Of a stretch of DNA of 64,000 bases, positions 25,850 to 36,821 are shown piece after piece. Source of the DNA: Thermoplasmata archaeon (lineage in GTDB: Archaea; Thermoplasmatota; Thermoplasmata; GCA-020350865); contig CP070751.1 of NCBI GenBank assembly GCA_020348445.1, forward strand, positions 3,089,702 through 3,153,701, written 5' to 3'. A program made the position numbers and the translations under genes. A model generated the notes under the pieces. The model was not told the origin of the DNA and ran no database searches. It saw nothing but the letters and a program-made list of their open reading frames with translations. The stretch's first letter is position 1; each line of letters starts with the position of its first letter.

Positions 25850-26776
25850 TTACACATCAACACCGATTGCTAAGATGAAACCTAGAAGATTCATTAAAAG
25901 GAAGCCAAATCCAGCCAAAAATATCTTTTTTGGATTGGGAATGACGGTCTCTTTTCCCTCGATTATAAGATTCTTTAAAGAAGAAATATTTCGAAAATGC
26001 AGAGGTATGGAAAGGACAATTAATAGTACAACCAACAGAGGTAATCCAAAAAAGATGAATATCACACAGAGTGCATAACAAAAGACCAGTAAAACCAGGT
26101 ACAACCTGGCGGCCCGCATCTTACCCAATTTAACCATGAGATTCCTCTTTCCAGTTAATTTGTCTGAATGCCAATCAGGGAATTCGAGGCCTAGAAGACT
26201 GATGAAGTATATAAAAAATAATGGTATAGACGTCAAAATTGTAAGAGCAGTTATCGTGCCTGTTTGCAGATAGACCACAGTTGGAACGATCAACAATCCT
26301 GCCGCAGATCCCAAGGCGATCTCACCCAAACCGCGATATGCAAGTTTGAAAGGTGGACCGACATAAGCGTAAGCCAGAAATGCACCCATGAGATAAAGGG
26401 GAACGGTAAGAGGGCCCGTCTCAAAAATAAACGCCAGTATCAGAAATATGATGGCACCAATAATGAAACAAACAATACTGAAAAAAAGTGCCCATTTTCT
26501 ATCAATTAATCCTTCTACTAAGGCACCGCTTCCACCGCTGAAGTCTCCACGTTCCTTGTTCATCATATCAGTTTCATAATCAAAGTAATCGTTGCTGTAT
26601 CTAGAAGCCTGCTGGGTAATAATAATACCAAAAAAGCTCACTATCGCTATATCTAAATAGATAGTGTTATTTTCATAAACAATTACTACAAGACCTAAAC
26701 AGTACGGTAAAATCCCTGCAAGTAAAAATTGAGGACGGGAAAGGCGGATGAAACCTTTAAAAAACGTGCTTCCCAA
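25850..26776 (-). CDS. UbiA/MenA-like prenyltransferase (DHNA octaprenyltransferase-like)
   Basis: RP..L, SNDYFDYETD, GSG.L, LAYRGLGE, PD..SD..TGKRNL; abuts the next gene. Confidence 0.82.
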   Translation of the reverse strand: MGSTFFKGFIRLSRPQFLLAGILPYCLGLVVIVYENNTIYLDIAIVSFFGIIITQQASRYSNDYFDYETDMMNKERGDFSGGSGALVEGLIDRKWALFFSIVCFIIGAIIFLILAFIFETGPLTVPLYLMGAFLAYAYVGPPFKLAYRGLGEIALGSAAGLLIVPTVVYLQTGTITALTILTSIPLFFIYFISLLGLEFPDWHSDKLTGKRNLMVKLGKMRAARLYLVLLVFCYALCVIFIFFGLPLLVVLLIVLSIPLHFRNISSLKNLIIEGKETVIPNPKKIFLAGFGFLLMNLLGFILAIGVDV

Positions 26777-26981
26777 TACTTCACCAACTCCTAGGTTTGT
26801 TTTAACTCGACATGAGGAACGTAGATTAATTGAAGGTTATCTTATCCTATCATTTGTTCTATTCGTCCTCGCCAACGAAAGTTGTCAATATAAAAGATAT
26901 CAACGGCATATTCATCTATTTTTCGGTTTACATGTAAGCCAAGGTGTTAATTAATATATCTGTAATATCCAGATGGCTATT

Positions 26982-27767
26982 TTAAATATTTTTATCTAAC
27001 ACCACCACACCCTCCCCCTTTCTAATCTCAATGGGATATACCTTTTCCTCATGCTCGGAGCCCCGGATCTTCTCCACAGAAATCCATCTTTTTATTTGTC
27101 CTTTTTCCCAGGTTTTGTTTAGCCTTATTTCACCTCTTGCTAGAAATATCTCAGGGGTTAAACCATAATTTTCTGGAGTTTCCACTGTGAGCAGAGAAGT
27201 TACCTTGGATTCGGAAAGAAACCTGAGAAAGGACTGCAGATATATGTCCTCCTCTCCCACCATACAGAAGTATTTCAATGCCGTGAGGGAATCTATTACA
27301 ATTCTTTTATATCCAGCCCTCTTGAACTCCTGTTTCAATGTATTCTGCAGTGAGTGTACACTAACCACGGTTGATTTAAATCTCGAGGTTTTTCTGATGG
27401 TGTCCGGCAAATCCCACATTTTTTGGACCTTGCTTTTGGATGAAATTTCCATGACAGGAGTGGGCTCATATCTTCTTATGTCAGAGTTCGCATCAAGAAT
27501 ATCCAAACCCTTTAGATTCAAGTCCAAAGATGTCATGTTGTATTTAACCTCGTTAACAGGTTCCTCCAAAGCCACAAATAAAACCCTCTCACCCTGCTTA
27601 ATTCCCTCTAATAGAAACTGCATACCTAAGGTGGTTTTTCCTGAGCCTGGAGGACCCGAGAGTATGTACGGACGTTCAGAAATAAGGCCCCCAGAGAGCA
27701 TTTTATCAAGGCCTTTTATACCGGTTTGCACCCTGTTTATTCCCTTCATCAAACTCATCTCAAGCAA
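26982..27767 (-). CDS. Single-domain KaiC/RecA-superfamily ATPase
   Basis: Walker A GPPGSGKTT, ALEEP, Walker B IVIDS, KIRGS arginine finger. Confidence 0.88.
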   Translation of the reverse strand: MLEMSLMKGINRVQTGIKGLDKMLSGGLISERPYILSGPPGSGKTTLGMQFLLEGIKQGERVLFVALEEPVNEVKYNMTSLDLNLKGLDILDANSDIRRYEPTPVMEISSKSKVQKMWDLPDTIRKTSRFKSTVVSVHSLQNTLKQEFKRAGYKRIVIDSLTALKYFCMVGEEDIYLQSFLRFLSESKVTSLLTVETPENYGLTPEIFLARGEIRLNKTWEKGQIKRWISVEKIRGSEHEEKVYPIEIRKGEGVVVLDKNI

Positions 27768-27778
27768 CTTAATTAATC

Positions 27779-28558
27779 TCAGAATAATTTCTTGGTGTCC
27801 ACCTCGATTCCCCTGGAGGAAAGGTTCAAAGGTCTGATATGCTCGTCAAATTCAGAGCCTTTCATTTTCTCTATTCCTATCCCGCGCTTTGATTCTACCT
27901 TGTCATTGATCTTATGCAATCTGATTTCCCCTCTTGAAAGAAACACCTCAGAAGGTAAATCATCAGGTTCCGGAATCTGGGTAATAATCAATGAAGTTGC
28001 CTCCATTTCTGCGAGAAACCTCATAAATGATTGGATTAGGATCCTTTGATCCTCTCCTTTCATACCAAACATTTTAAGGGCAGTAATTGAATCTATGACC
28101 ACGCGTGAGTAAACCTCTCCCTCTTCATCATAGAGGTCATCTGCTTCCTGTCTCAACATCTTTTGTACTGAATGGATAGACACCTCCATTGCCCTAAGAA
28201 TCTTGCTTCGTTTTATATCCTTTACATCCCTCATGGTGTGTAAATCCAAAACTGTGCCCACATCCTTGATGTAACCGCCCCTTTGAAAACCCTTTACCTC
28301 AGGTACAGCATCTAAAATTCGAATAGGGGCAACATCAAAACCAAGTGCCCATGCATTTAGCTTTATCTCGTTTGGCGGTTCATCCAGTGCTACCAGAATA
28401 ACATTCTCTTCATCCTTTACGCCTTCAATAAGGAAGTGGATACCTAAGGTTGTCTTTCCACTTCCAGGCGGGCCCGAGACTGCATATGGTCTACCAGGTA
28501 TGAGACCGCCATGTAACATCTTGTCCAAGCCTTTTATGCCTGTGCTTAACCTTTCCAT
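27779..28558 (-). CDS. Single-domain KaiC/RecA-superfamily ATPase (paralog)
   Basis: Walker A GPPGSGKTT, ALDEP, VVIDS, KMKGS. Confidence 0.88.
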   Translation of the reverse strand: MERLSTGIKGLDKMLHGGLIPGRPYAVSGPPGSGKTTLGIHFLIEGVKDEENVILVALDEPPNEIKLNAWALGFDVAPIRILDAVPEVKGFQRGGYIKDVGTVLDLHTMRDVKDIKRSKILRAMEVSIHSVQKMLRQEADDLYDEEGEVYSRVVIDSITALKMFGMKGEDQRILIQSFMRFLAEMEATSLIITQIPEPDDLPSEVFLSRGEIRLHKINDKVESKRGIGIEKMKGSEFDEHIRPLNLSSRGIEVDTKKLF

Positions 28559-28651
28559 TGATTCCCATCCTTAGATGGATGGGGGTATTGCATTCCCTAA
28601 ATTAAATCATTCCCATAGAATCCTGTAATTGGAACTTGATTTTGGGCATAT

Positions 28652-29203
28652 TCACAATGCTTCCACAGTGGTGATAATTACTCCCTTGGGTTCCTTCACC
28701 TCATCGACGGCTTTTTCTTCCTTAGGGATTGATTCTTTCTGGCTTTTATCCTCCTGATATGCCTGGTATTCCAAAATATAATAGAGAACATTTAAACTGG
28801 TGACTATCAAGATCAAGGCAAGGTAATTCCAGATGTGCAGGCTGAATTTGTACTCCTCCCATGTCTGGTGTATCACAGGCTCCCCGCCAAGCAACGCGAA
28901 AATCCAAAGAACCACCAAAATCACGTAAACCTCGTTTAATATGAACCTACCCAGATCACCTTTCTCGTATCTTACCTGAAACTGCGAGACTATTATTAAC
29001 ATAACACCTATTGGCAAGATTCTTTGCAATATGCCCAAGAGTCGATCTTTTGAAAGCTGCGGATATGTGATGATCATCATCGTAATTGAAATGACGGGTA
29101 AGATGACGTAGAACACCAGGGCAAAGAGCGCCTTGCTCGATATTCTCCTCTTCTTACGTGAAGTCGAATCTGAAGTCTTCCATAGTGATTTCGTATTCTT
29201 CAC
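28652..29203 (-). CDS. Hypothetical membrane protein (about four TM helices)
   Basis: Hydrophobic segments and charged C-terminal tail. Start uncertain (50-nt overlap with the upstream ORF). Confidence 0.6.
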   Translation of the reverse strand: MKNTKSLWKTSDSTSRKKRRISSKALFALVFYVILPVISITMMIITYPQLSKDRLLGILQRILPIGVMLIIVSQFQVRYEKGDLGRFILNEVYVILVVLWIFALLGGEPVIHQTWEEYKFSLHIWNYLALILIVTSLNVLYYILEYQAYQEDKSQKESIPKEEKAVDEVKEPKGVIITTVEAL

Positions 29204-29963
29204 CTACCATTTTTACCATCATTTCTATCTCGAACAGCACTGTGCGCCTTCCGTTGAGGACCTCCAACGTTACCCTTGCGATGAGTTTACTGGTGTTATC
29301 TCCCTGCGGCCAAGATTCTATTCTCAAAAAGGCATCTGCCCAATCAAACCTGCCCAAAAGACCATCGTCCTCTTCCTCATCTAACATCATGTCCAATAAG
29401 CCGAACATATCAGCATTTTCCATGACAAGATGCCTGATGATTTCTTCGACTCGCTCGTCGGTTTTATTTCCTATCTTGTTAATTGGGGCATCCCAAGGAT
29501 ACTCCAAGGTGTCGTCGACAACAAAAGTACCAAGGCCCCAAAGGTACTTGGCGGAGATATCCACATCCAAGTAAAATACGGAGTCGTTTATCATGAGACT
29601 TCTCCACTCATCAGGATCTATTCTCTCGAATGGCAACACAGCAACTATATCGAACTTTTTCACGTTTCCTCTCGGAATTATAAGATCTTCCTGACTGTAA
29701 TCTATCAACATCGTGTCCTTCTCGGTTCGAACTTTGGCGTGTATATCCAAGTCCTCTATATCATATACACCTTTATTTGTCACCGTGAAGTTCGTAAGAA
29801 ATGTGGCTTCATTTGATCTTGTATCAATGGTCCATGCAAAGTCATCCTCTTCTGGGATTTCCACCTTTACTGCACCGGATGCAATTGTATAGAGATTGAT
29901 CAATGATAGCGTTGCCAATAGACAATTTAAAGCGATGACCACCAACCTAAACCTTACTACCAT
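29154..29963 (-). CDS. Hypothetical N-terminally anchored protein (LEA2/Ig-like beta domain possible)
   Basis: N-terminal TM helix followed by a beta-rich domain (FTVTNKGVYDIEDL). Start moved to MVVRF. Confidence 0.6.
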   Translation of the reverse strand: MVVRFRLVVIALNCLLATLSLINLYTIASGAVKVEIPEEDDFAWTIDTRSNEATFLTNFTVTNKGVYDIEDLDIHAKVRTEKDTMLIDYSQEDLIIPRGNVKKFDIVAVLPFERIDPDEWRSLMINDSVFYLDVDISAKYLWGLGTFVVDDTLEYPWDAPINKIGNKTDERVEEIIRHLVMENADMFGLLDMMLDEEEDDGLLGRFDWADAFLRIESWPQGDNTSKLIARVTLEVLNGRRTVLFEIEMMVKMVGEEYEITMEDFRFDFT

Positions 29964-30400
29964 TTCCTTTTTAATCAAGCGAATCCCCCCGACAAAGGCG
30001 AGTTGCTTCTCCCCCTTATAGGGTATGTTTTTAGGCCTTGGTAAAAAAGAGAACAGGAGTTCGGCAAAGCCCGGCTTAAGCCCATAAGACCTTTAGAATA
30101 TGCATTAGAGGGTCTTGTTCGAATTCGGCTTGCCAGTGCTTGTGCCTAGAATTGCGTTGCTTTTCGCATCCCTAAATCAAAACCTTCTTCCCTTACATGA
30201 GAGAAAACCTCTCCATATTTTATGGAAGATGTTTAAAGGGTGAGTTTCAAATGATAGGAGTATTGCATCCCGTGACTCTTTTTTTGTTTAGCCCAAACGT
30301 ATAATATTGGTTGTTTTTCTATATGAAGTTTTCTGTACAGTTGACAATTTTGACAACCATGAGAAAGTATGTCAAGGTATCAAAAATATGCAAAAAAATT

Positions 30401-30982
30401 TTACTTGACCAATTTCAGAACCTCTTTGAATTCCTTGGAATCGGCCCTCTCCATGATCTCGTACATCGCCATTTCCGTCGAAGAAATCACTGCACCGAAC
30501 TGTCTCATCTTTTCCATGCCAATATTCTTGTTTTCAATTGTTCTGGATGATATGGCATCTGCTATTACATGGACATCAAAACCTGCGTGCATCACATCCA
30601 GTGCAGTTTGCTCGACGCAGATATGAGATTCGATTCCTGCCAGCATGATTCTCTTTACATTGAGTTCATTGAGCCTTGATATGAATCCTTTGGCACCGCA
30701 GCAGCTGAAGATGACCTTCTCCAAGGGTGCGTAATTTTTTAGGACCTCTTTCACTTCTGGCACGGTTGTGCCCAGGCCCTTTGGATAATGCTCTGTGAGG
30801 ATAATGGGTATGTCATAGATATCTGCGAATTTAATGAGCATGTTCACATTCTCTGTTACCTTATCTTTGTCGACAACATAGGGCAATAGCTTCTCTTGAA
30901 CATCCACTATTACCAATGCAGTGTTCTCCATGCTCAGTATTGCAGGATGGTGATTTAGTTTCTCGTTACTTCCTTGTTCCAT
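30401..30982 (-). CDS. Isochorismatase-family (YcaC-like) cysteine hydrolase
   Basis: LVIVDVQEKL, LTEHYPKGLG, FSC, GIESHICVEQT. Confidence 0.9.
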   Translation of the reverse strand: MEQGSNEKLNHHPAILSMENTALVIVDVQEKLLPYVVDKDKVTENVNMLIKFADIYDIPIILTEHYPKGLGTTVPEVKEVLKNYAPLEKVIFSCCGAKGFISRLNELNVKRIMLAGIESHICVEQTALDVMHAGFDVHVIADAISSRTIENKNIGMEKMRQFGAVISSTEMAMYEIMERADSKEFKEVLKLVK

Positions 30983-31249
30983 GTGAATCACGGAGCTGAT
31001 AAAGTTATATTGGGATTATATGTTTTTGGTATCTTCTCCTTAATAGATACTTATCATCTTCAAAAAGAAAATTATTGGGTGGGTGGAGGGGGATTAAGGA
31101 GGAGGGAAGAACATTAATTACGATATTAGACAGGTCTATTCAGTTCTTAATAGTAAAAAAATAAAAATCCAAGGGAAAGAATTATTTAACCCTACCTATA
31201 TCCTTCGTTTATTCAAACACTGAAAACAAATTACAGGGAGAGGAGCAAC

Positions 31250-32770
31250 TTGCTTAAAAATAAAAAGGATAACGGTCAGACCCTGATCGAAAGCGAAGTA
31301 AAACCAGAATTGCCAAAGGATTTTCTCAGACATCAACTTCAGTCAAGAATCGAGATGTTGAGGGAAAAAGGATTGGAAGATCCAGAGATACTCCAAAACC
31401 TTTACCCAAATACGATCCTGGACACAGGAACATTGGAGGCATTAACCGCGGCACTGATTGCAGGAAATAACGTCCTTCTTTTCGGGCCCCCGGGCTCTGG
31501 AAAAACCAACCTAGCCAAGGATATTTGGGAGATGTTTCCAAAACGAAATTATATCGTAGATGGTTGCCCGGTACAGGACAATCCCTACAGTATCTTCGAC
31601 TCTGATTTTTTCAAAAAGGTCCCTGCATGCCCCTTCTGCAAGACGAGGTTTGGGGAATTATCATTCTCAGAACTTGGATATTATGATCCGTCAAAAGTCG
31701 ATCCCAATTCTGTTCCTGTGAATCTAGTCACCCTAAGGGAAGGTCACGGCCTGGCAAGGATTCAGGGCTCCCCAGAGGTATTTCCAGATAATCTAACAGG
31801 AACCCTGAACTTACAGAGACTGGAGAAAATAGGGGATCCAACAAGTCCCCTTGTACTTGAGCCTGGAAAACTGCTTCAGGCCAATCGCGGTCTTTTGATG
31901 GTGGATGAAATCGGTAAACTCCCGAGGGGGACTCAGAACGTTCTCCTTCAGGCCCTACAGGAGCATATAGTCTCCCCTGCAAAATCCAGGGAGACTTTTC
32001 CTGCATCATTTATCGCTATATGCACATCAAATTTGGACGATTTGGACAACATCAATGAACCTTTAAATGACAGGCTCTCCAACATCCATGTCAACTTCAA
32101 CAAGATGCACTGGAAGAACAGAAAAATAATTGATTTGGCACTGGCAAAGGGGACAAATGATGTCTTCCTGCCAGAGATATTCCTGGAAGGGAGCGTGTTC
32201 ATTACCGAGGCCTGGAGAAACGCCTCTGGTGACGTTTACGAGCTCTCGGAGGTGGGCAGCAATAGAACCATGATAGATATCATTACAAGATCCGAGGCCT
32301 ACACGAACCTGCAAGAGAGGAGAATGGTTTCACTTCAGGACTTTGAAAAAGGCGCCCAACACGCCATGCTGGGCCGTATACGGGCCAGGGGAGGGGACTC
32401 GCTGGCACAAAATGAAGACCGGATAAACGGCTTCATTTCAAAAAACCTCCAAAAAGAGCTGAGAAAAGCGGGCAGATTATACTGGTGCGGGTTTTATAAA
32501 GACATTCTGAATGAGGACAAGCCCGAAGGAAAACGTGTTCTACAGGAATGCCAAAAGGTGCTTAAAAATCCCGAGCTCGCAAAGGGTGCGTTAAGACAGG
32601 ACTCGTCACAAAAGAAGTACAGGAAATTCGGAAAGTTCGTTGTTGGCAGGGAGCATTACCCTGGTAATTTGAACAGCGACGAAGTAGTGCTCTCTGTTTT
32701 TGGCCTTCTTTCCTCCTTGGATGTTTTTGAGTGCGACGAGAGCGAACTTAAAATAAAGGTTGCCAAGTAA
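31250..32770 (+). CDS. AAA+ ATPase, MoxR/Mg-chelatase-subunit-I-like
   Basis: GPPGSGKT, CPVQD...CPFC, GKLLQANRG, VDEIGKL, QNVLLQALQE, LNDRL. Confidence 0.85.
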   Translation: MLKNKKDNGQTLIESEVKPELPKDFLRHQLQSRIEMLREKGLEDPEILQNLYPNTILDTGTLEALTAALIAGNNVLLFGPPGSGKTNLAKDIWEMFPKRNYIVDGCPVQDNPYSIFDSDFFKKVPACPFCKTRFGELSFSELGYYDPSKVDPNSVPVNLVTLREGHGLARIQGSPEVFPDNLTGTLNLQRLEKIGDPTSPLVLEPGKLLQANRGLLMVDEIGKLPRGTQNVLLQALQEHIVSPAKSRETFPASFIAICTSNLDDLDNINEPLNDRLSNIHVNFNKMHWKNRKIIDLALAKGTNDVFLPEIFLEGSVFITEAWRNASGDVYELSEVGSNRTMIDIITRSEAYTNLQERRMVSLQDFEKGAQHAMLGRIRARGGDSLAQNEDRINGFISKNLQKELRKAGRLYWCGFYKDILNEDKPEGKRVLQECQKVLKNPELAKGALRQDSSQKKYRKFGKFVVGREHYPGNLNSDEVVLSVFGLLSSLDVFECDESELKIKVAK

Positions 32771-34628
32771 GGCGGTTTGGATGGAATTACCAGAATGTGA
32801 TGTTTTTGAAGATGAGCTTGTTCTCAGCTACAAGGAGAACATCGAGCTTATTACTCGGCTTGTTGAGGAAGGTCCTGATGCACTTGACAGGTTCGTGGAT
32901 GAGAAGACAAAATCCGATTCCACAATTGCGAGATATATTAAAAACCTGAGAAGAAGACTGGAAAAACAGGCCGTAAAAATAAGGGAAGATAGAAAATCAG
33001 GATACTTGCAAAAGCTCAAGGCCCTGCATAAGAAAAGGGAGACACAACTCAAAGTGACTTCCGCAGAAGCCATAAAACTAACAGAAGAACAACAGGCCTT
33101 ACAAGATAGATTAAATGAATTACTTCAAAGTGCATTGTTAGGCGACGATTTTGTTCAACTGGTAATCGATACCCCCATTGAAATCGAGGAAGAAGAAAGG
33201 GGATTGGGGAGAAGGATATTAACCAAGATCATCAACTTCTTCAAGATGATAGGGCGCGCAATAAAGAGATTTTTTGCATGGCTAAAAAGAAAGCTAGGTT
33301 TTGGAAAGGAACAAGAAGAGGAGGAGTGGGTATATAAGAAACCGAAGCTTCTTCTCTCATTTCCATCGATATCTGGCAATATAAAAGATATCGATTCTAG
33401 ATTCGGAAACGCCCTTTTTACCTCACCAAATCTCAGGGAGGAAATGGAGAAAAATATGCTAAAAGGAAAAAGATTCAGACGATCCAGACTCTCTTTGAGA
33501 AGGAAGCTGAGAAAGACCAAATATGTGGAGGATGCAAGACGTGTCTTTTACGATAGGCTCGAGAAAAAGGTTCAAAAGAAAGTTGACAAAATCAAGGCAA
33601 AAAGGGAGGGGCTATCACGAAAAGCAAAGGACCTGAAGGTAAGGGAAAAGGAGGTCAAAGACGAATCAAAGAAAGAGGAGAAGCGATTAAAGTCCCAAAG
33701 AAAAAAAGAAGAGGAGCAAATTGAAAAGCAGCTGGAGTCGACACCCAAAGAAAGGGCAAAGAGCAAGGTTGAAGAGAAGCTTGAATACTCGGGATTTATA
33801 AAACGTGAAGGCGAAAAACTGCAAATCACGGCACAACTTGTGGACAGGTTCGCGGACATCGTTTTTACTTCTGAGATACAAAATCTTCCAATGGCTTACC
33901 ACGCTATTTATGGTGCCAGCGAGGTGGAAGGTGTTTACGAGAGAGGGAAGTTGAGAATGGTGGATGAGATATCCAGAATGGATATAGTGGAAAGTATGCT
34001 CAACGCGCGGATTCACCACCCCCATGACAGGCATCTTTACGAGGATGATATAATAACTTACAGGGATCTAAGAGGCGCCAACAACCATGTGGTATTGATG
34101 TTCGATAAAAGCGGAAGCATGGACGAAAATCAGCGTATCGTGGCTGCAAAGAAGGCGGTCTTGGCCCTTTACAAGGCTATAAAGGAAAGGAATCCAAGGA
34201 ATGTTGTGGATCTTGTGGCATTTGACACAGAGGTTAAAGTCATGGACCTACTTGAGGTTTGGAAAAGCGAGGCAAAGGGTTTTACAAATACAGGTGAAGC
34301 TATTAAAACAGCCAGGTCTCTGCTTCAGGAGTCATCAGCGGACAGGAAATTGGTGTACTTGATTACTGACGGCCTACCAGAAGCGTATTCTGATAATGGC
34401 AAGGTTTTTGCAGGAGACACAGATAAAAGCCTGAAATATGCCGTAAACCAGGCAAAAGAACTCAGCTATATTTCCAATGTTTACCTTACAATGATTCTTC
34501 TGGAACCAGAGAAAAAGCTTTACGTCAACGCCGCAAATAGAATCGTTTCTGCATCCAATGGAAAAACCGTGGTCGTAGAGCCTCAAGAACTGGCAGCAGA
34601 GATGATAATGGATTTTGTTTCCCTGTAA
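32760..34628 (+). CDS. VWA-domain partner protein with coiled-coil region
   Basis: MIDAS motifs DKSGS, GFTNT, ITDG in the C-terminal domain. Overlaps the ATPase stop. Confidence 0.87.
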   Translation: MPSKAVWMELPECDVFEDELVLSYKENIELITRLVEEGPDALDRFVDEKTKSDSTIARYIKNLRRRLEKQAVKIREDRKSGYLQKLKALHKKRETQLKVTSAEAIKLTEEQQALQDRLNELLQSALLGDDFVQLVIDTPIEIEEEERGLGRRILTKIINFFKMIGRAIKRFFAWLKRKLGFGKEQEEEEWVYKKPKLLLSFPSISGNIKDIDSRFGNALFTSPNLREEMEKNMLKGKRFRRSRLSLRRKLRKTKYVEDARRVFYDRLEKKVQKKVDKIKAKREGLSRKAKDLKVREKEVKDESKKEEKRLKSQRKKEEEQIEKQLESTPKERAKSKVEEKLEYSGFIKREGEKLQITAQLVDRFADIVFTSEIQNLPMAYHAIYGASEVEGVYERGKLRMVDEISRMDIVESMLNARIHHPHDRHLYEDDIITYRDLRGANNHVVLMFDKSGSMDENQRIVAAKKAVLALYKAIKERNPRNVVDLVAFDTEVKVMDLLEVWKSEAKGFTNTGEAIKTARSLLQESSADRKLVYLITDGLPEAYSDNGKVFAGDTDKSLKYAVNQAKELSYISNVYLTMILLEPEKKLYVNAANRIVSASNGKTVVVEPQELAAEMIMDFVSL

Positions 34629-34689
34629 CTACCATTTTGTTGGTAACTACAAAAATATTATTATACAAACGCTGTATACAAGCAATTCC

Positions 34690-35378
34690 ATGACAAATAC
34701 GATGATGGAAAAAGCACTGGATGAATTGAAAAATGGAAATTTTGTTTTGGTATACGATGCCGATGGTAGAGAGGAGGAGACTGATTTTATTATTGGGGCC
34801 CAATTTGTGACGCCCAACTCCATAAGCACCATGCGAAAGGATGGCGGCGGGCTTATATTTCTGATCGTTGACCATGCCACAAAGGAGAAACTGGGTCTTC
34901 CATACCTTGCTGACCTGTTCTATAAAGAGGGCGGTAGGTGGCCTGTTCTAAAAGAGCTGATTCCCTTTGACATCCCTTACGACACCAAGTCCTCGTTTTC
35001 CATTACAATAAATCACCGCAAGACATTTACTGGAATAACAGATAAAGATAGGGCTCTTACAATATCCGAATTTGCCAAACTCACCAAGGAAATACCGGAG
35101 CTTACACCAGTTAAGGCCCAGCGCCTATTTGGGGAACGGTTTCGGGCTCCTGGTCATGTCCCTCTTTGCAACTCATCTGACAAACCACTTAGTAACCGCT
35201 TTGGCCATACCGAACTTGGTGTTGCCCTGATGATCATGGCAGGATTAACTCCAATTGCCGCAGGATGCGAGATGATGGACAGCGTCAATGCACTTCCCAA
35301 GAAGGAGGCAATTAAGTACTCAGAAGAGCATAACCTGGTATTTCTTGAGGGAAAAGAAATAAGGGAGGCATGGAGAAA

Positions 35379-35391
<13 letters not shown>
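34690..35391 (+). CDS. ribB: 3,4-dihydroxy-2-butanone-4-phosphate synthase
   Basis: DGREEETD, TGITDKDR, PGHV, RFGHTE. Start moved to MTNTM. Confidence 0.93.
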
Positions 35392-36310
<919 letters not shown>

Positions 36311-36333
36311 GAAATAAAAAGGAGGAGTGAAGA

Positions 36334-36735
36334 ATGAAAATTGGAATAGTTGTGAGCGAATTCCACTACGACATCACGATGATGATGTTGGAGAGGGCAA
36401 AGGAGCATGCTAAATTCTTGGATGCGGAAGTAACGGATGTTGTGCAGGTTCCAGGTGTATTTGACATGCCCCTTGCAGTGCGCAAGCTCCTTGAGAAGGA
36501 CGCAATAGACGGTGTAGTGACCCTTGGTGCCGTAATCGAGGGTGAGACAGAGCACGACGATGTCGTGATGGGTCAGGCCAGCAGGAAGATCACCGATTTA
36601 GCAGTGGAATTCGGAAAACCTGTGGGCCTTGGGATCACCGGACCCGGAATGAGCAGGCTTCAGGCCGAAAAACGAATAGAACGTGCGAAGGCTGCCGTGG
36701 AGAGCGTAGTGAAGATGCACGATAGGTTGAAGTAA
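36334..36735 (+). CDS. ribH: 6,7-dimethyl-8-ribityllumazine synthase
   Basis: [28 protein letters not shown]. Confidence 0.94.
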   Translation: MKIGIVVSEFHYDITMMMLERAKEHAKFLDAEVTDVVQVPGVFDMPLAVRKLLEKDAIDGVVTLGAVIEGETEHDDVVMGQASRKITDLAVEFGKPVGLGITGPGMSRLQAEKRIERAKAAVESVVKMHDRLK

Positions 36736-36745
36736 TTGATACTGC

Positions 36746-36763
36746 AGGGGGGGATTACCCCCT
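36746..36763. terminator. Short hairpin between convergent ribH and surface-protein genes
   Basis: AGGGGG-N6-CCCCCT inverted repeat 10 nt after the ribH stop. Confidence 0.3.
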
Positions 36764-36821
36764 CTATTACCAACGAACTTCAATTTCTTGGGGTCCAGAT
36801 AATTTAAAGTTCCTATTTTTC

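Noticed and set aside
28564-28583. Hairpin CCCATCC-N6-GGATGGG over the RBS region of the first KaiC-like gene
   Set aside because: A 7-bp stem can arise by chance. I cannot distinguish a terminator from translational control without expression data.
30050-30100. CAAAGCCCGGCTTA resembles the 3' conserved region of RNase P RNA
   Set aside because: The required upstream GAGGAAAGUCC-type motif is not present on that strand, and I saw no SRP GGAA/AGCA helix 8 motif either.
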